DNA of 64,000 nt. Source: Mustelus asterias (lineage: Eukaryota). The translations under genes were made by a program, and so were the position numbers. This document shows, in pieces, positions 23,782-37,713 of the stretch. The notes beneath the pieces are model-generated. The model ran no database searches, was not told where the DNA came from, and was given only the letters and a program-made list of their open reading frames with translations. Position 1 is the stretch's first letter; each line of letters opens with the position of its first letter. The DNA lies in assembly GCF_964213995.1 (NCBI RefSeq), contig NC_135804.1:26102001-26166000 (forward strand), read 5' to 3'.

Positions 23782-24985
23782 GTACAACAATTTCCATAAG
23801 AAATAACAAGATAATTTAAAATATATTTCATTATAATTTTACACTTTTCAATGTAGAGATTGTTACAAATGAATCTCAAAGTAAACAGCAACTTCTTTAT
23901 CTGGTACTCTATGACCATATAGATCTGTACATCATAGGATCCCTACAGTATAGAAGGAGACCATTCAGCCCATCGAGTCTGACCGACAACAATCCCATCC
24001 AGGCCCCACCCCACATAATCTCCCCTGACACTAAGGGGCAATCCTACCCAGACCTGTTCCTCGTAACCCCAAGTATTTACCTCACTATTTCCTCTAGCCT
24101 ACACATCTTGGGATAGTAAGGGGCAATTTAGCATGGCCAATCCACCTAACCTATATATTAAATGTAATGTAATATATTCAATCATTCACAAAAAATGCGT
24201 AGGTTTTTTGAATCAATTAATTAAAAAAGAGATTGACTACATTTGGTCTATAACTGTGATATTTTGATGTTATACATTTCCTTACAGGGTACAAATACTT
24301 TTTTTAAATTCTGAATAACTGTAGCAGGCAGGTTGCTATTGTTTTAATATATTTTTATAGCAGGTACCTGAAGGCTTAAAGCCACAGCTGTAATGTTTGT
24401 GTCTGTATGCTTAAGCTCACCCAGAACTCAATTGGGTGTATCCTACCTTGCACCAAGTCCCATTCACATTTCACCCACGCCCACTGAGTGGCTCCCAGTC
24501 TGGCAATGGTTTAATCTCAACACTTTCATCTGCTGTTTACAAATCGCACCTTAGCCTTGTCATTGCCCCCACACCCCTTGGAGGGGGGGAATTTTCCTCT
24601 CCTGCCTGCCACGAGAATGGTAGGGGGCGGGGGGGGGGGGGGGGGGGGGGGGGCGGCTGGTGGGGGGGTTGGTGGTGGTGGGGGGGGGGCTGGTGGGGTG
24701 GGGGGGGGGCTGGTGGTGGGGGGGGGGGTGCGCACCATGCAAAGGTACATTGACCTCGGGTGGGATTTTCCGGTTAAGGGTTAAGGGAGCGAGCACAGCC
24801 GGAAAACCCCGCCCCTTATCTTGGTTTCCTCTTCCAGACTTGCAACCCTGTAAGGTCACTGCACACCTTCTGCATATTCTTGATTTTCATTGCTCTACAA
24901 TTGGCAACTGTGCCTTCAGCCACTTGAGGTCTTAAGCTCTGGAATTCCTTTTGTAAACTCATCGACTCTTTGGTCATATGGTCAT

Positions 24986-25330
24986 AGGGCGGCACGGTAA
25001 CACGGTAGTTAGCACTGCTGCTTCACAGCTCCAGGGACCTGGGTTCGATTCCCGGCTTGGGTCACTGTCTGTGTGGAGTTTGCACATTCTCCCCGTGTCT
25101 GCGTGGGTTTCCTCCGGGTGCTCCGGTTTCCTCCCACAGTCCAAAGATGTGCGGGTTAGGTTGATTGGCCATGCTAAAATTGCCCTTAGTGTCCTGAGAT
25201 GCGTAGGTTAGAGGGATTAGTGGGTAAATCTGTAGGGATATGGGGGTAGGGCCTGGGTGGGATTGTGGTCGGTGCAGACTCGATGGGCCGAATGGCCTCT
25301 TTCTGTACTGTAGGGGTTCTATGATTCTAT
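24986..25330 (+). mobile_element. HE1/V-type SINE (young, full length)
   Basis: Same consensus. Confidence 0.92.
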
Positions 25331-26244
25331 AACTCTTTACCTCCTGCTCCTCCTTTAAGATGCTCATAAAAAACCTTTCACTTCTACCAGTTGCATTCAA
25401 CTTAGATGTGATAACATTCCTGTAAAATATCTCAGAATAGTTTACTATTTTAATGATGCCATTTAAATTCAAGTTGTTGTTTATAGCACATTAAGGCTCA
25501 GTACCTCGCTGCATGAAGAAATGTAGTGAGGATCCAATCTAGTTTCTGCAAAGCGCTGTTGATTGAACAGAATGTGGAAAAACAGAAGAATGGTCCGTTT
25601 GTCATGCTTAGACTGGGCCAGAAGTGAGATCTAGCTTTGCAGTTTGTCCATAATTCTAATGGTTTATTGGAAAATCTGGGTTAAGGAGAAGATAAATCCC
25701 CAAGCATTATATTTTATTGGCGTTAAATCCAGAACTGGGCAGTGTACAAAACTGGCCTAAAGTTTTATTGGGATTAAGTTCACTTTGTACAGGGGGATTG
25801 TGCTTTGTTTAATTGTCTGCAGGCACAGTCATATTTCCACAGTGTGTGGGCAGCAGCGTATGGTGTTCAATCATCTTTTCCTCCTGCATGATTGTGCCAA
25901 AGTGCAGCTTTAGTGACAAGATACAGCTGCTGGCTACTGCCCAGTAAATCGGATGCTTCAGCCGCAGTTTCTCAGCAGTCATCCAACTTGTTAGAATGAT
26001 GGGATTTGTGGTTGACTGCTTCATCAGTGCTGTTCGGCTAAACATGTCCGTTTATTTGGAAGGATTCACTCACTGAAATGGTGGAGCTTTACGCTTCAGT
26101 ATGGGAACAATGGCATTGATGTTTTCAGGGTTTAAGGGGGAGATGGCGGCACGCGGTAATATCATTGGAGCGGTAATCTAGCAGCCCAGACGAAGACTCT
26201 GGGGACATGGGTTCAAATCCCCGCATAGCAGCTGGAATTTAAAA

Positions 26245-26700
26245 GGACGGCACGGTGGTTAGCACTGCAGCCTCAGAGCGCCAGGGACTCGGGCTCAATT
26301 CCGGCCTCGGCTCACTGTCTGTGTGGACTTTTGGCCATATCTGGCATTCTGCACCTGTGCACCAAGCAGGCCTATGCAATTGAGCACATTACAGTGGCTC
26401 TGTGAACACTATTAGGGTGGCATGATGGTTAGAGTATAGTGGTTAACAGAGCTGTCAGGGACCTGGGTTCAATTCCGGCCTCAGGTGACTGTCTGAGGGG
26501 AGTTTGCACATTCTCCCCATGTCTGCATGGGTTTCCTCCGGGTGCTCCGGTTTCCTCCCACAGTCCAAAGATGTGCGGGTTAGGTTGATTGGCCATGCTA
26601 AATTGACGTTAGTGTCAGGAGGATTAGCAGAGTAAATGTGTGTGGTTACGGGTATATGGTCTGGGTGGGATTGTGGTTAGTACAGACTCGATGGGCCAAA
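26245..26700 (+). mobile_element. SINE head + ~85-nt spacer + second SINE
   Basis: Truncated head 26245-26330, spacer, SINE 26415-26700. Confidence 0.8.
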
Positions 26701-28313
26701 GAGGGGGGTGGGGGAGGGGTGTGGGGTGTTGGGTGGGGGTGGTGTGGGGGATGGGGAGGGGTGCTGAGCCCACTGAAGGGAACACTGGCTGCCCTGTAGC
26801 TATTGGCTGGAGGTGGGATTTCCACCCTGCGGAACAGCCAATCCTGCCTCAGAGAGGTGTCAGCCAATGGGAGGCAGGCAGTTCTGTGGAACTCTGGGAC
26901 AGGCGTGCAGCATAGAATTGGGATTTGGATGAGTAAATGGCGGCGGTCTTTCCGGATGCCCAGCCAGCAGGCTACAATGAAGGGGGCAAGAATGGGGTTT
27001 GAGAGATGAATGGCGGCAGAGGGGGTCAAATCTCTGGAGGTCCTCCAATAGGGTCAAAGGGCACAGTAAAGAGGGAGCCTCTTGTCTGCCACCAGCCTGT
27101 GCAGGGAAAGCTGCCAGGCTGGTCACTTGGCATGGAATTGACACTTGCTGGTTAATTCCCACGCAACAACAGGATGAGGCCCTTAAATGGGAATTAATTG
27201 CTGACTGTGGGTTCACGGCACCTTCCATGGTGTTCACTGATGTCTCGGACCTGCTTCAGGACCTCAGGGTGTGCGCCAAAGGCTGGTAAGGATACAGCAA
27301 AGGGGGTGATGGAAGAAGATTTAGGTGTTACTGAGAGAGGACGGTTTAGGTGTGAGTGGGAGATGAAGGTTTAAGTGGGGATGAAGCTATTGGGGGTGAA
27401 GCTGGCACCTCTCTGACCCAAGCCTGTGGTCATCTAACCTAAGGGCCGGAATTCTCTGGCCATTCATGACCCACCGCTGCCGCCAGCAGAGAATTTAGCA
27501 CTCAGCCAAATCTCCATTCACTGCAGCGGGATCAGGCAAATGCCTGCATCAAGTGAACGGAAAGCCATAGGAACATATAAAGGTTTATTTACTAATGTTA
27601 TCTGTAGATTTGTATTTATCAAATTGTTCTCCATCTGGTAAGAAAAATATCAATATCTTACCATTTATTTGATCTGTTGGACCAGAAGTAGAGTTTTTTT
27701 TTAAATTTATTCATGGGACATGGGCGTCACTGGCTGGCCAGCATTTATTGCCCATCCCTGAGGGCAGTTGAGAGTCAACCACATTGCTGTGGCTCTGGAT
27801 TCACATGTAGGCCAGACCGGATAAGGGCGGCAGATTTCCTTCCCTAAAGGACATTAGTGAACCAGAAGGGTCTTTCCAACAATCAACAATGGTTTCATGG
27901 CCATCAGTAGATCAGATATTTCCTTATTGAATTCAAATTCCACCAGCTGCCGTGGTGGGATTCAAACCCGAGTCCCCAGAACATTAGCTGAGTTTCTGGA
28001 TTAATAGCTTAGTGATAATACACTAAGCCATCGCCTCCCTTTGATAATAGTAGGGGTTGACATTGCACACAGGTCTGAGGAGAGGAAACTGGCATTCGGC
28101 CTCTGATATTCGGGTAAGCATTCTCCAAGGCGGCCTTCACAACATACGACAGCGCAGAGTCGCTGAGCAGAGACTGATAGCCAAGTTCTGCACACATGAG
28201 GACGGCCTCAACCGGGATCTTGGGTTCATGTCACACTATCTGTAACTCCCACAACTTGCCTGGACTTGCAAAGTCTCACTGGCTGTCCTGTCTGGAGACA
28301 ATACACATCTCTT

Positions 28314-29371
28314 CATAGGAGACAGAGGGTAGTGGTCGAAGGGTCTTTTTCCGGCTGGAGGTCTGTGACCAGTGGTGTTCCGCAGGGCTCTGTACTGGGA
28401 CCTCTGCTATTTGTGATATATATAAATGATTTGGAAGAAGGTGTAACTGGTGTAATCAGCAAGTTTGCGGATGACACGAAGATGGCTGGACTTGCGGATA
28501 GCGAAGAGCATTGTCGGGCAATACAGCAGGATATAGATAGGCTGGAAAATTGGGCGGAGAGGTGGCAGATGGAGTTTAATCCGGATAAATGCGAAGTGAT
28601 GCATTTTGGAAGAAATAATGTAGGGAGGAGTTATACAATAAATGGCAGAGTCATCAGGAGTATAGAAACACAGAGGGACCTAGGTGTGCAAGTCCACAAA
28701 TCCTTGAAGGTGGCAACACAGGTGGAGAAGGTGGTGAAGAAGGCATATGGTATGCTTGCCTTTATAGGACGGGGTATAGAGTATAAAAGCTGGAGTCTGA
28801 TGATGCAGCTGTATAGAACGCTGGTTAGGCCACATTTGGAGTACTGCGTCCAGTTCTGGTCGCCGCTCTACCAGAAGGACGTGGAGGCGTTAGAGAGAGT
28901 GCAGAGAAGGTTTACCAGGATGTTGCCTGGTATGGAGGGTCTTAGCTATGAGGAGAGATTGGGTAAACTGGGGTTGTTCTCCCTGGAAAGATGGAGAATG
29001 AGGGGAGATCTAATAGAGGTGTACAAGATTATGAAGGGGATAGATAGGGTGAACGGTGGGAAGCTTTTTCCCAGATCAGAAGTGACGTTCACGAGGGGTC
29101 ACAGGCTCAAGGTGAGAGGGGCGAAGTATAACTCAGATATCAGAGGGATGTTTTTTACGCAGAGGGTGGTGGGGGCCTGGAATGCGCTGCCAAGTAGGGT
29201 GGTGGAGGCAGGCACGCTGACATCGTTTAAGACTTACCTGGATAGTCACATGAGCAGCCTGGGAATGGAGGGATACAAACGATTGGTCTAGTTGGACCAA
29301 GGAGCGGCACAGGCTTGGAGGGCCGAAGGGCCTGTTTCCTGTGCTGTACTGTTCTTTGTTCTTTGTTCTTT
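28314..29371 (+). mobile_element. Young 5'-truncated CR1 LINE with open RT C-terminus, inserted in a Penelope remnant
   Basis: [15 protein letters not shown]; (gttcttt)n tail. Confidence 0.93.
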
Positions 29372-29508
29372 AACCTGTGCTAACGCTCTCTCCACTCACA
29401 TTGTCTGTACCTTTAAGACTTGATTAGCTGTAAAGACTCGCATTCCAATCATTATTCATTATTCTGTAAATTGAGTTTGTGTCTTTATATGCCCTGTTTG
29501 TGAACACT

Positions 29509-29543
29509 CACCTGATGAAGGAGCAGCGCTCCGAAAGCTAGTG
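29509..29543 (+). ncRNA. Minimal type I hammerhead ribozyme motif
   Basis: CAC-CUGAUGA-A-GGAGC(AGC)GCUCC-GAAA-GCUA-GUG: core boxes, stem II, palindromic AGCU stem III, CAC/GUG stem I. Confidence 0.75.
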
Positions 29544-32379
29544 GCGTTTGCTACCAAATAAACCTGTTGGACTTTAACCTGGTGTTGTTAGACTCCTTAC
29601 TGAGAGGAAACTGACCAGGGTAGATAGACATTTTGCAATCAGTCAGTGCTACACATTGTATTGTCATTACTCATAACTAGCTTATGGCTCATTTCCAGCT
29701 GACTAGTATACATTTTCCATCTCTGCAACATCACATCATCAGAAACACCACTATTAAATTGCAATTACTATACCCAAAACTGAGAGTACAGTTGGATGCA
29801 TGGATCTGTAGCAGAAAAGTGTGTTCAAATATTTTGAGGGTTTCGTTTCAACTGCAATATTATTGCGATGAATGACGTTTTACCATTTTTGGTTTTAAAT
29901 ATTGAACTCCCGCACACCAATGGGGAAAGTATTATTTGTTGAAACAGGCAAGGTTACAAACCAGCTCCCCCATAGGATTTTTTGCTGGACAACTGAAAGA
30001 TAAAATGCAATGGTAGGATGTTACGAGGATGTGCTTTGAGATTAGAATTTCTAATTTTTCTTTTCCTGGCTGGATTTTAAAAAAAAAACTGGGATCCCTC
30101 TACACACAGTGGGAAAACTTCCCAGACTGCGGCAGTACACACAATTTTGCATTCCACCATGTGGGACATTAAGGACCAGATCCAAAACTTCAAGGTACAT
30201 TATGAAGTTAGCTGAGACCCCAGCTATTTTGATTTTGGCATTAATGTGTGTTCCACTCCAGGTGTGATTCAATTGACCCACTAGGAAGCTTTTATTAAAA
30301 CAAACTTTATTGCACAATACAGTTAAAATATAACAAAAAGAATGAGCGCAACTTTTATCAATTTAAATACTTAAACATGATTAGATATAATTCTTAACGG
30401 CTAACTATCTCTATAGTTCCAATTTAGGCAATATCCCCACAGACATACATCCTTCTTCAGAATCAGTTAGCACAAAAAACAGGCCCATATAGGTGCTAGG
30501 CTTCCTGCTTTTTAACCCCTCTGGACAGCGATACAGAAAGACACCTGTCTTCTGACTCCCAAACAGCAGCCTCCAGTGAAAGATCTATCTCTCATCACCA
30601 GTAAATAGAACTGACTCCTAAAAATGTCCTGCACAAGAAACGTGTGTCTTTAAGAAATACATTTCTTGAAGACACAGTATCATCAAAGGATGAAGATTCA
30701 ACCCCCTGAGAAGCATGAAACACCCACTCCCCTATTGATTCACATCATCCTGAGACTTTACAAATGTTTCTGAGTTGAGACAGTAAAATGCAATTACTTG
30801 CTCTGAAACAATAACTGCAGCAGACACGAACTAATAGAATTTATCTGGAATATGCACCCAGCTTCAAGGACTAAACAGGAGCGAGAACAGAAGACAGTAC
30901 TATACTGAACACAGGCTGTCAAAGCTGTGTACCTCTTTCTCTCTGTCTCACTCTGTCTCTGTCTCCGTCTCTCTCTCTCCTTCTCTCTCAAAAGTGCTGT
31001 GCTCAATTTACAAAATAACAATCCTGAGAAGAGAAACCAACCGTGAACCAAGATCTTTTCTGAAAAAGTAAATGGAGGTCTGCTCGACACAACTATACCC
31101 AGGAAGAGAACTGAACAAAATGGCCGCAACGTGGCACCACTGCAAGGAGACCATCCAAGGAACATCTAACCTCTTTTTAAAATTTTCCCTGAACTGTAAA
31201 TAATCCTATAAGCCTATCCTCTTACTCTGCCCATCTATACCAGTGCGTGAGTGTAGGTCCAGACAAATGCATGTGGCCATAGGGAATGCTGGTTGCGATT
31301 TACTTTGTTTTTTTTTAGTTCAGGAAATAGTTTCAATAAATGTGCTCTTTATTTAACCTAAAAAAAACTTGTCTGCATAATTTTTTACAATCTCAAAGCA
31401 TTAATAGTGGGACTCTTACAGAATCGGCGAAGCATATTCTCTCTAAATTCAATAAAAATCCTCTTGCGGTTTGGAGTGGTATAACAGTGAAGCCACTTTA
31501 CTCCTCCTCACCTGGTCATAGCATACTGTCAAACGAATTGGCTAACCTTCATGTAAAATTGGATACTTTATGGCCATTGATGTACGCCAGAATTCTACCG
31601 CCCCGTCCGCCACGGAATCCGGGCAGGCACAGAACAGACAACGGAAATGTACATTGATCTCGGGTGGGATTTTCCAGTCTCGCTCACGCGAGGCCATAAA
31701 ATCCCACCTTTAAGAAAGAAGAATCATGGACTCACGCATTAGTACATTAACAGATCTACTGAGTGTTGATATTTGGAATACCTTAGCCATTTGCTAAAAG
31801 TTGCTAACACTGTTCACACTGCCAGTGACTGGTTTTTAGCCATTCCCTGCAGATTTGCTGAACTAGCTGTACACATTTCTTATTATTTATATTTTTATGT
31901 TACTGCAGTCTGAGCAGCTTGACATTCCCCACAACTCACTTTTTTATAACACCATTGCAGATGAATGTTACTGCGTGTGGAACATAAATTTCTTGCTGCT
32001 GCAAGGACTGTCAGGTCCACCACACAATATTTTACTGTTTGGAACTTTCCTGCTGAATACATCAAGTACCTCAGCGATAATTGAATCAGATGAGTTCACC
32101 CCAAAAATCTGTCAATGTTTCAAAAGCCCCCCTCATTTCTGAAATCCTTGACCAATCATGGTGCTAATCAAATCTCAAGAAATGTTAGAGATGCTGTTCA
32201 AACAGTGTGGGACATCAGTGATAACATTTCCATTTTGTACATCCACTCTGTATCCCGGAGGTGAGACTTGCGGCTGGTTTAATGCTGACTATCAGTGACT
32301 CCCCAAACCCCTTTCACGAAGGAGTCTTTTGATGAAGAAATTTGATTCCACAATCGTGGATTGGGATTCAAGTTACTTG

Positions 32380-32680
32380 TTTAAAGTTTATTTATTATTG
32401 CCACAAGTAGGCTTACATTAACACTGCAGTGAAGTTATTGTGAAAATCCCCTACTCGCCACGTTCTGGCATCTGTTTGGGTACACTGAGGAAGAATTTAG
32501 CATGGCTAACGCACCTAACTCGCACGTCTTTCAGACTGTGGGAGGAAACTGGAGCACCCGGAGGAAACCCACACAGACACGGGGAGAACGTGCAGACTCC
32601 GCACAGACAGTTGCCCAAGCCAGGAATCAAACTTGGGTTCCTGATGCTGTGAGGCAGCAGTGCTAACCAGTGTGCCACCC
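32380..32680 (-). mobile_element. SINE variant (alternative tail)
   Basis: Same as 12175-12445. Confidence 0.82.
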
Positions 32681-32803
32681 CCCACACACTGGTCAAATCC
32701 AACTTGCCACCCAGTTTTCGCTGCCAACTTACAATTTGAATGATTGCTAAAACAATCTACATGATTGGTCATCATGCATTTTTCATTTCTCTTTCTGTTC
32801 TAG

Positions 32804-32960
32804 GCTTGATCTGAATGATATTCCAAATTGCATTCGACTAGTTGCTCCAGATTTGGGAATATTTCTCATTAGCTGCTTTACATTAGCCTTTTGTAATCGT
32901 TTGACAAAGAAGAAGACAACCCCAAACAAAGAAGCAGAGAGCGCTGACGCCAATGAGGAG
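32804..32960 (+). CDS. PIEZO1: PIEZO1 coding exon (equivalent to exon 5)
   Basis: Long pyrimidine tract+tag|...|gtgaga; encodes (R)LDLNDIPNCIRLVAPDLGIFLISCFTLAFCNRLTKKKTTPNKEAESADANEE, vs recalled human RLDLKDIPNAIRLVAPDLGILVVSSVCLGICGRL. Confidence 0.95.
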
Positions 32961-33291
32961 GTGAGAGCCAATGTTTTAGAATTGGCAAAGTATGTTTTTG
33001 TAGAACATTGTTCCTGGTCTCGTATCTCGTATTACTGTTTAATAATGTCAGTATTTAATATTAAAAGGCAATCTTATCAGAACTCCTTTCAGTTTATACA
33101 TTTTGTACCTTATGTGCATTTTTATCCCCTCGTCTTCCATTAACAAAGTATTTTTCTCTTCACTCCGAGCAAAGAGGAGGCAAACATATAACCGGTTCTT
33201 AAATGCTCTATCATACTCTGAACCGACTACTAGAAGACAGAGGTAAGGTTACCAGGAGACCCAACTTTCTCTCTGATTTTGTGACTCTCAT

Positions 33292-33514
33292 TGGTGAGAA
33301 GTGTCTGGAACAAACTGCCAGAGGTAGTAGTAGAGGCGGGTACAATTTTGTCTTTTAAAAAGCATTTAGACAGTTACATGGGTAAAATGGGTATAGAGGG
33401 ATATGGGCCAAATGCAGACAATTAGGATTAGCTTAGGAGTTGAAAAAAAAAAGGGCAGCATGGACAAGTTGGGCCGAAGGGCCTGTTTCCATGCTGTAAA
33501 CCTCTATGACTCTA
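33292..33514 (+). mobile_element. CR1 3' end; same subfamily at 43348-43621
   Basis: Near-identical gtctggaacaa.ctgccagaggtagtagtagaggcgggtacaat...ctctatgactcta. Confidence 0.85.
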
Positions 33515-33872
33515 AGTATCTCACTTTCATTTAGTACCGGGTTAGATGGACCCAACTGCAATCGGGAAATGATTGTTTTAAATGTGGAATATTCAAATCC
33601 CTGATTCAGCATATCTGAATATGGCTATATTATGTGACCAGGTTTTGCTGTAACTTTTATCTTGAATATGTACACAGCTAAACATTTAAGAGCTAGCAAT
33701 TTCTCTATTTAATTATACCAAAGGCAAACTCATGGACCAAATCATAAGGAATACCCAACTTTGCCTGTGGGAAGTATCTATTGCTTGTCTGATAGCTACC
33801 CATAAATTGGCTCTAAGTACTGGAGTGATTAAATGCTTCATTCCTGACCGGAATGTTGCGTGTTTGAAACAT

Positions 33873-33998
33873 AGGCTGAAACTCTACCACCTTGCCCTCC
33901 CCGGAATCGGGGCGGGCGACGTTCCCAGAACGGAAATCTCCGTTGGCCTCGGGCGGGATTTTACGATCTCGCCCGAGCGAAGCTGTAAACTCCCGCCC
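33873..33998. mobile_element. ~125-bp MITE; related copies at 31583-31708, 24583-24815, 22791-22960
   Basis: Shared internal ctcgggYgggatttt motif and aaa.tcccgccc terminus. Confidence 0.6.
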
Positions 33999-36756
33999 AC
34001 AGAAACTATATTAACAAAGCAGTAAAAATGTTGACACGGTAACTTAGCAACCTGGAATATGCCATCTTCTGTCTTAACACGTTTTTCTGAGCTTGTGGCA
34101 AAAGCACCCATCTGAAGCTGAAGGGGTGGTTCTTGAAGTATGAATATTGAACTGAATTATATTAGTCCTAACTGCAGTTTTAAACCTGCCATCTGCTGGA
34201 AAGCTATTGCAGGGTGAAGCCCAGTAAGATGGGAGTCAAGGACCTGAAGAGGAATTTAAAGTTTTTATTTTCCTCATGGGTTCAGGAGAAGCAGGAACCC
34301 TCCCCTCCCCACAATTTACTTGTTTAAACCGGTGAATCTTTCTTTTGTACTGGCTGGTGTCCTTTTGCCCTTTGAACTTCCAGTTATGCCAGCTGGTGCT
34401 GCTGGCTGTGGGCAGCTGACCTGTGACACACAGACGAGGCCTTGCATTAATATCACCCCTGCACCCATACCTGTTCAAATCATGCTGCCAGTTTAAATCA
34501 CCAATATTATTCTTCGCAAACTATTCTGTGATGTTTAGCCAGTGATTGTGTTGCATAGCTCCAATTGTGATTAACTTGGTGACACAGTTTCTCCTTCTGC
34601 AAACCGGATAAAGCTGTCTAAAAAAGTATTGCATGTTATGTAGGGCACAGAAAAAGGCCATTCGGCCCGTTAGAGCCCTGCTGAGTTCGTGCTTCGTGTG
34701 AGCCTCTTCTGCGCTCCTCCTCTTCAAACCTCGTCAATTTATTCAACTCTTTCTTTTGCCTTCATGTTTGTCTTGTTCCCCCTCAGGTGCATTCAAACTA
34801 TTCGTTACTTGAAGCAAGTACATCTATTCTATTTGTTACTTGAAGCAAGTACATTTATGCTATCAGTTTCTTGAGATGCATTTCCACATCTAATCACTCT
34901 GTGGGAAAGGATTTTATTTCTTGAATTCCATGTTGGATTTATTAGTGGCTCTCTTACATTTATGGCCCTAATTCTGGTCTCACTGAAATTGGAAACATCC
35001 TGTCTACATCTATCTTCTCAAACCTTCCATAACCTCACGGGGGAGTCCTCATGGGAGAGGTCGGTGTGTCCAGTCACAGTTAGATATGTACCGTGAATCG
35101 GACAGTGTAGTGGGAAGTCACTTACCTTCTGTTCCTGCGGTCTTTTATCTCAGTTTTTCTGGCAAGTTTCCTGAGACCTGAGAAACTGGATTATCAGAGT
35201 TAATTTTCCAATGGTGAAAATAAAGGCGGCTCACAGCTTCATTATAATGTTTAAAGTGCCACCCTACCTCCTTGAAGTGGGCTGATCAGCCATCCTCTCT
35301 CATCCCACCTCCATTAAAACCGGAAGGTGGTGGATTGAGATCGGGATTCAGACTGGAACACTTTAATCTCACATCCCCTCCAAATACCCCAACAAAACCT
35401 ACTCCGTCTTTTCAGGGATTGAAATTCCCTCCTTTGTTAGAACTCGGGTATCCAGGCAGTGAAAGATGGAAGGTGTCTATACATTTACAGGATTTTATTA
35501 CTGGAAACACACACTGAGTATGACAGACATACAACCATCAATGCTTCTTTCAGACTGTTCATACATATGTTACAGAGAGCAGAGAGTTTAATTTAAAAGA
35601 GCCCTGAATTCTCCTCTCACCGCCTGTCTGTAAACAGAGAGGTGTTTTTTATTTCTTAATTTTGATTTCCCCCTTTATAAGTGATAGCGTATTTTCTCCA
35701 ACCCTTCAGTTTTAGAGTGACTCAAGCCTCCAATAATAACCCCACAGCAAACCCGAGACGGACTAAACTCAGAGGTTTAGTTTATTTTACACACAAACAG
35801 GAAAAGGGTTCACAACTCCCCCTTTGAGGGACTCTAGTTTTGCTGATGGAAGATGTCAGACTGACTCTGTAAGCTTCACATGGTAATGTTACTGCTTCTA
35901 GCAGCTTGTGGGAGGGGGTCCATGTGACATAACTCTTGCCTCTTCCTCTTGGTTTGGACAAAGGACGTACATTCTTGGTCCAGATTTTTGAGATGGTTAA
36001 TGTTTCATCCATTAATAAGTTTACCAGATGTTTCAGGGTCTTTTTGTTCTTGCAGACGGATTGTCTTTGTTGGCCAGGGCTGAGCTCAGAAATGTGAAAG
36101 AGCCTCTGTGCATTTCCTTGGAAGTTGATTTCTGCAGTAACTGGGGGCATTGGTGCATCTTTGGAGATAATGAGGATGCGATGGTTTTCTGAAAGCTAGA
36201 AATTCCTTTTGTGTGAGCCATAGCCAGTCATGGTTTCATCTGTGTAAAGCATTTGTCCATATATAAACATACATATATAATTAATATATATTAAAAATAA
36301 ATAATTTTATAAAGTAGCCAGGATATCACCTTCTTGGCATGTCATATGTACATATGAATCTCCAATTAATACCCATGACCTGAATGCAATTACCATCCAA
36401 CTGATGTACAGTTAACACCCTTTTGTGTCAACTTTTCTCATTATAAATTGTATACCCACATTTATAGTGAAAACAGTCTTTCACAGTATAATTTAACCAC
36501 CAGTTGGAGTTTGTGTTACAATGCTTTGTGGCTTCCAGTTCTTTTGTCCATTCTACAGAGAAACTACATACTGTTATGCTCAAATTAATTTTCCTGTACT
36601 TTGTTTCTCAACTTATTTTCTGTTTTTATTCTTTCGTAAGATGAGTGGGTCACTATCTAGGCCAGCATTTATTGCCCATGCCTAATTGTCCTTGAGAAGG
36701 TGATAGTGATAAGTTTAGCTATTTAGTTAACTATATGAAACATTATGAAATCAAAG

Positions 36757-37328
36757 CGTTATGAACGCTTTGGTGAGGCCAAATTTGGAGTATTGTGTAA
36801 AGTTTTGGTCACCTAGTTACAGGAAGGATGTAAATAAGATTGAAAGAGTGCAGAGAAGGTTCACAAGGATGTTGCCGGGACTTGAGAAGCTGAGTTACAG
36901 AGAGAGATTGAATAGGTTGGGACTTTATTCCCTGGAGCGTAGAAGATTGAGGGGAGATTTGATAGAGGTGTATAAGATTTTGATGGGTATAGATAGAGTG
37001 AATGCAAGCAGGCTTTTTCCGCTGAGGCTAGGGGAGAAAAAAACCAGAGGGCATGGGTTAAGGGTGAAAGGAGAAAAGTTTAGAGGGAATATTAGGGGGG
37101 GCTTCTTCACGCAGAGAGTGGTGGGAGTGTGGAATGAGCTGCCAGATAAAGTGGTAAATGCGGGGTCACTTTTAACATTTAAGAAAAACTTGGACGGGTT
37201 CATGGATGAGAGGGGTGTGGAGGGATATGGTCCAAGTGCAGGTCAGTGGGACTAGGCATAAAATGGTTCGGCACAGACAAGAAGGGCCAAAAGGCCTGTT
37301 TCTGAGCTGTAATTTTCTATGGTTCTAA
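36757..37328 (+). mobile_element. CR1 3' fragment
   Basis: 164-aa RT C-terminal ORF LVRPNLEYC...WNELP. Confidence 0.9.
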
Positions 37329-37386
37329 TAGAAAGTGGGACTTTAACAAATGGACTAAATTATATCTGTGTGGTGTAGTCCATTTA

Positions 37387-37713
37387 GAAACATAGAGACA
37401 TAGAATCCCTACAGTGCAGGAGGAGGCCATTCGGCCCATCGAGTCTGCACCAACCACAATGCCACCCAGGCCTTATTCCCATAACCCCACATATTTACCC
37501 TGCTAATCACCCTGACACCAGGGTCAATTTAGCATAGCTGAATCAACCTAACCCGCACATCTTTGGACTGTGGGAGGAAACCGGAGCACCCGGAAAAAAC
37601 CCACGCAGACATGGGGAGAACATGCAAATTCCACACAGACAGTGACCCGAAGCTGGAATTGGGTCCCTGGCGCTGTGAGGCAACAGTGCTAACCACTGTG
37701 CCGCCGTACCGCC
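37387..37713 (-). mobile_element. HE1/V-type SINE
   Basis: Same consensus. Confidence 0.9.

Larger units (their letters stand above)
28050..29600 (+). mobile_element. Penelope-like element 3' remnant, interrupted by CR1
   Basis: GIY-YIG C-terminal-like QRRVAEQRLIAKFCTHEDGLNRDLG; continues after 29371 into a hammerhead-bearing terminal repeat. Confidence 0.75.

Noticed and set aside
23230-23790. 186-aa - strand ORF overlapping the 43-bp exon
   Set aside because: No recognisable domain and a non-ATG start; the true coding signal is the + strand PIEZO1 exon.
30019-31500. LTR-like remnant (also 7140-8440 and 35568-36250)
   Set aside because: Composition suggests old LTR sequence, but no termini, TSD or coding motif could be established.
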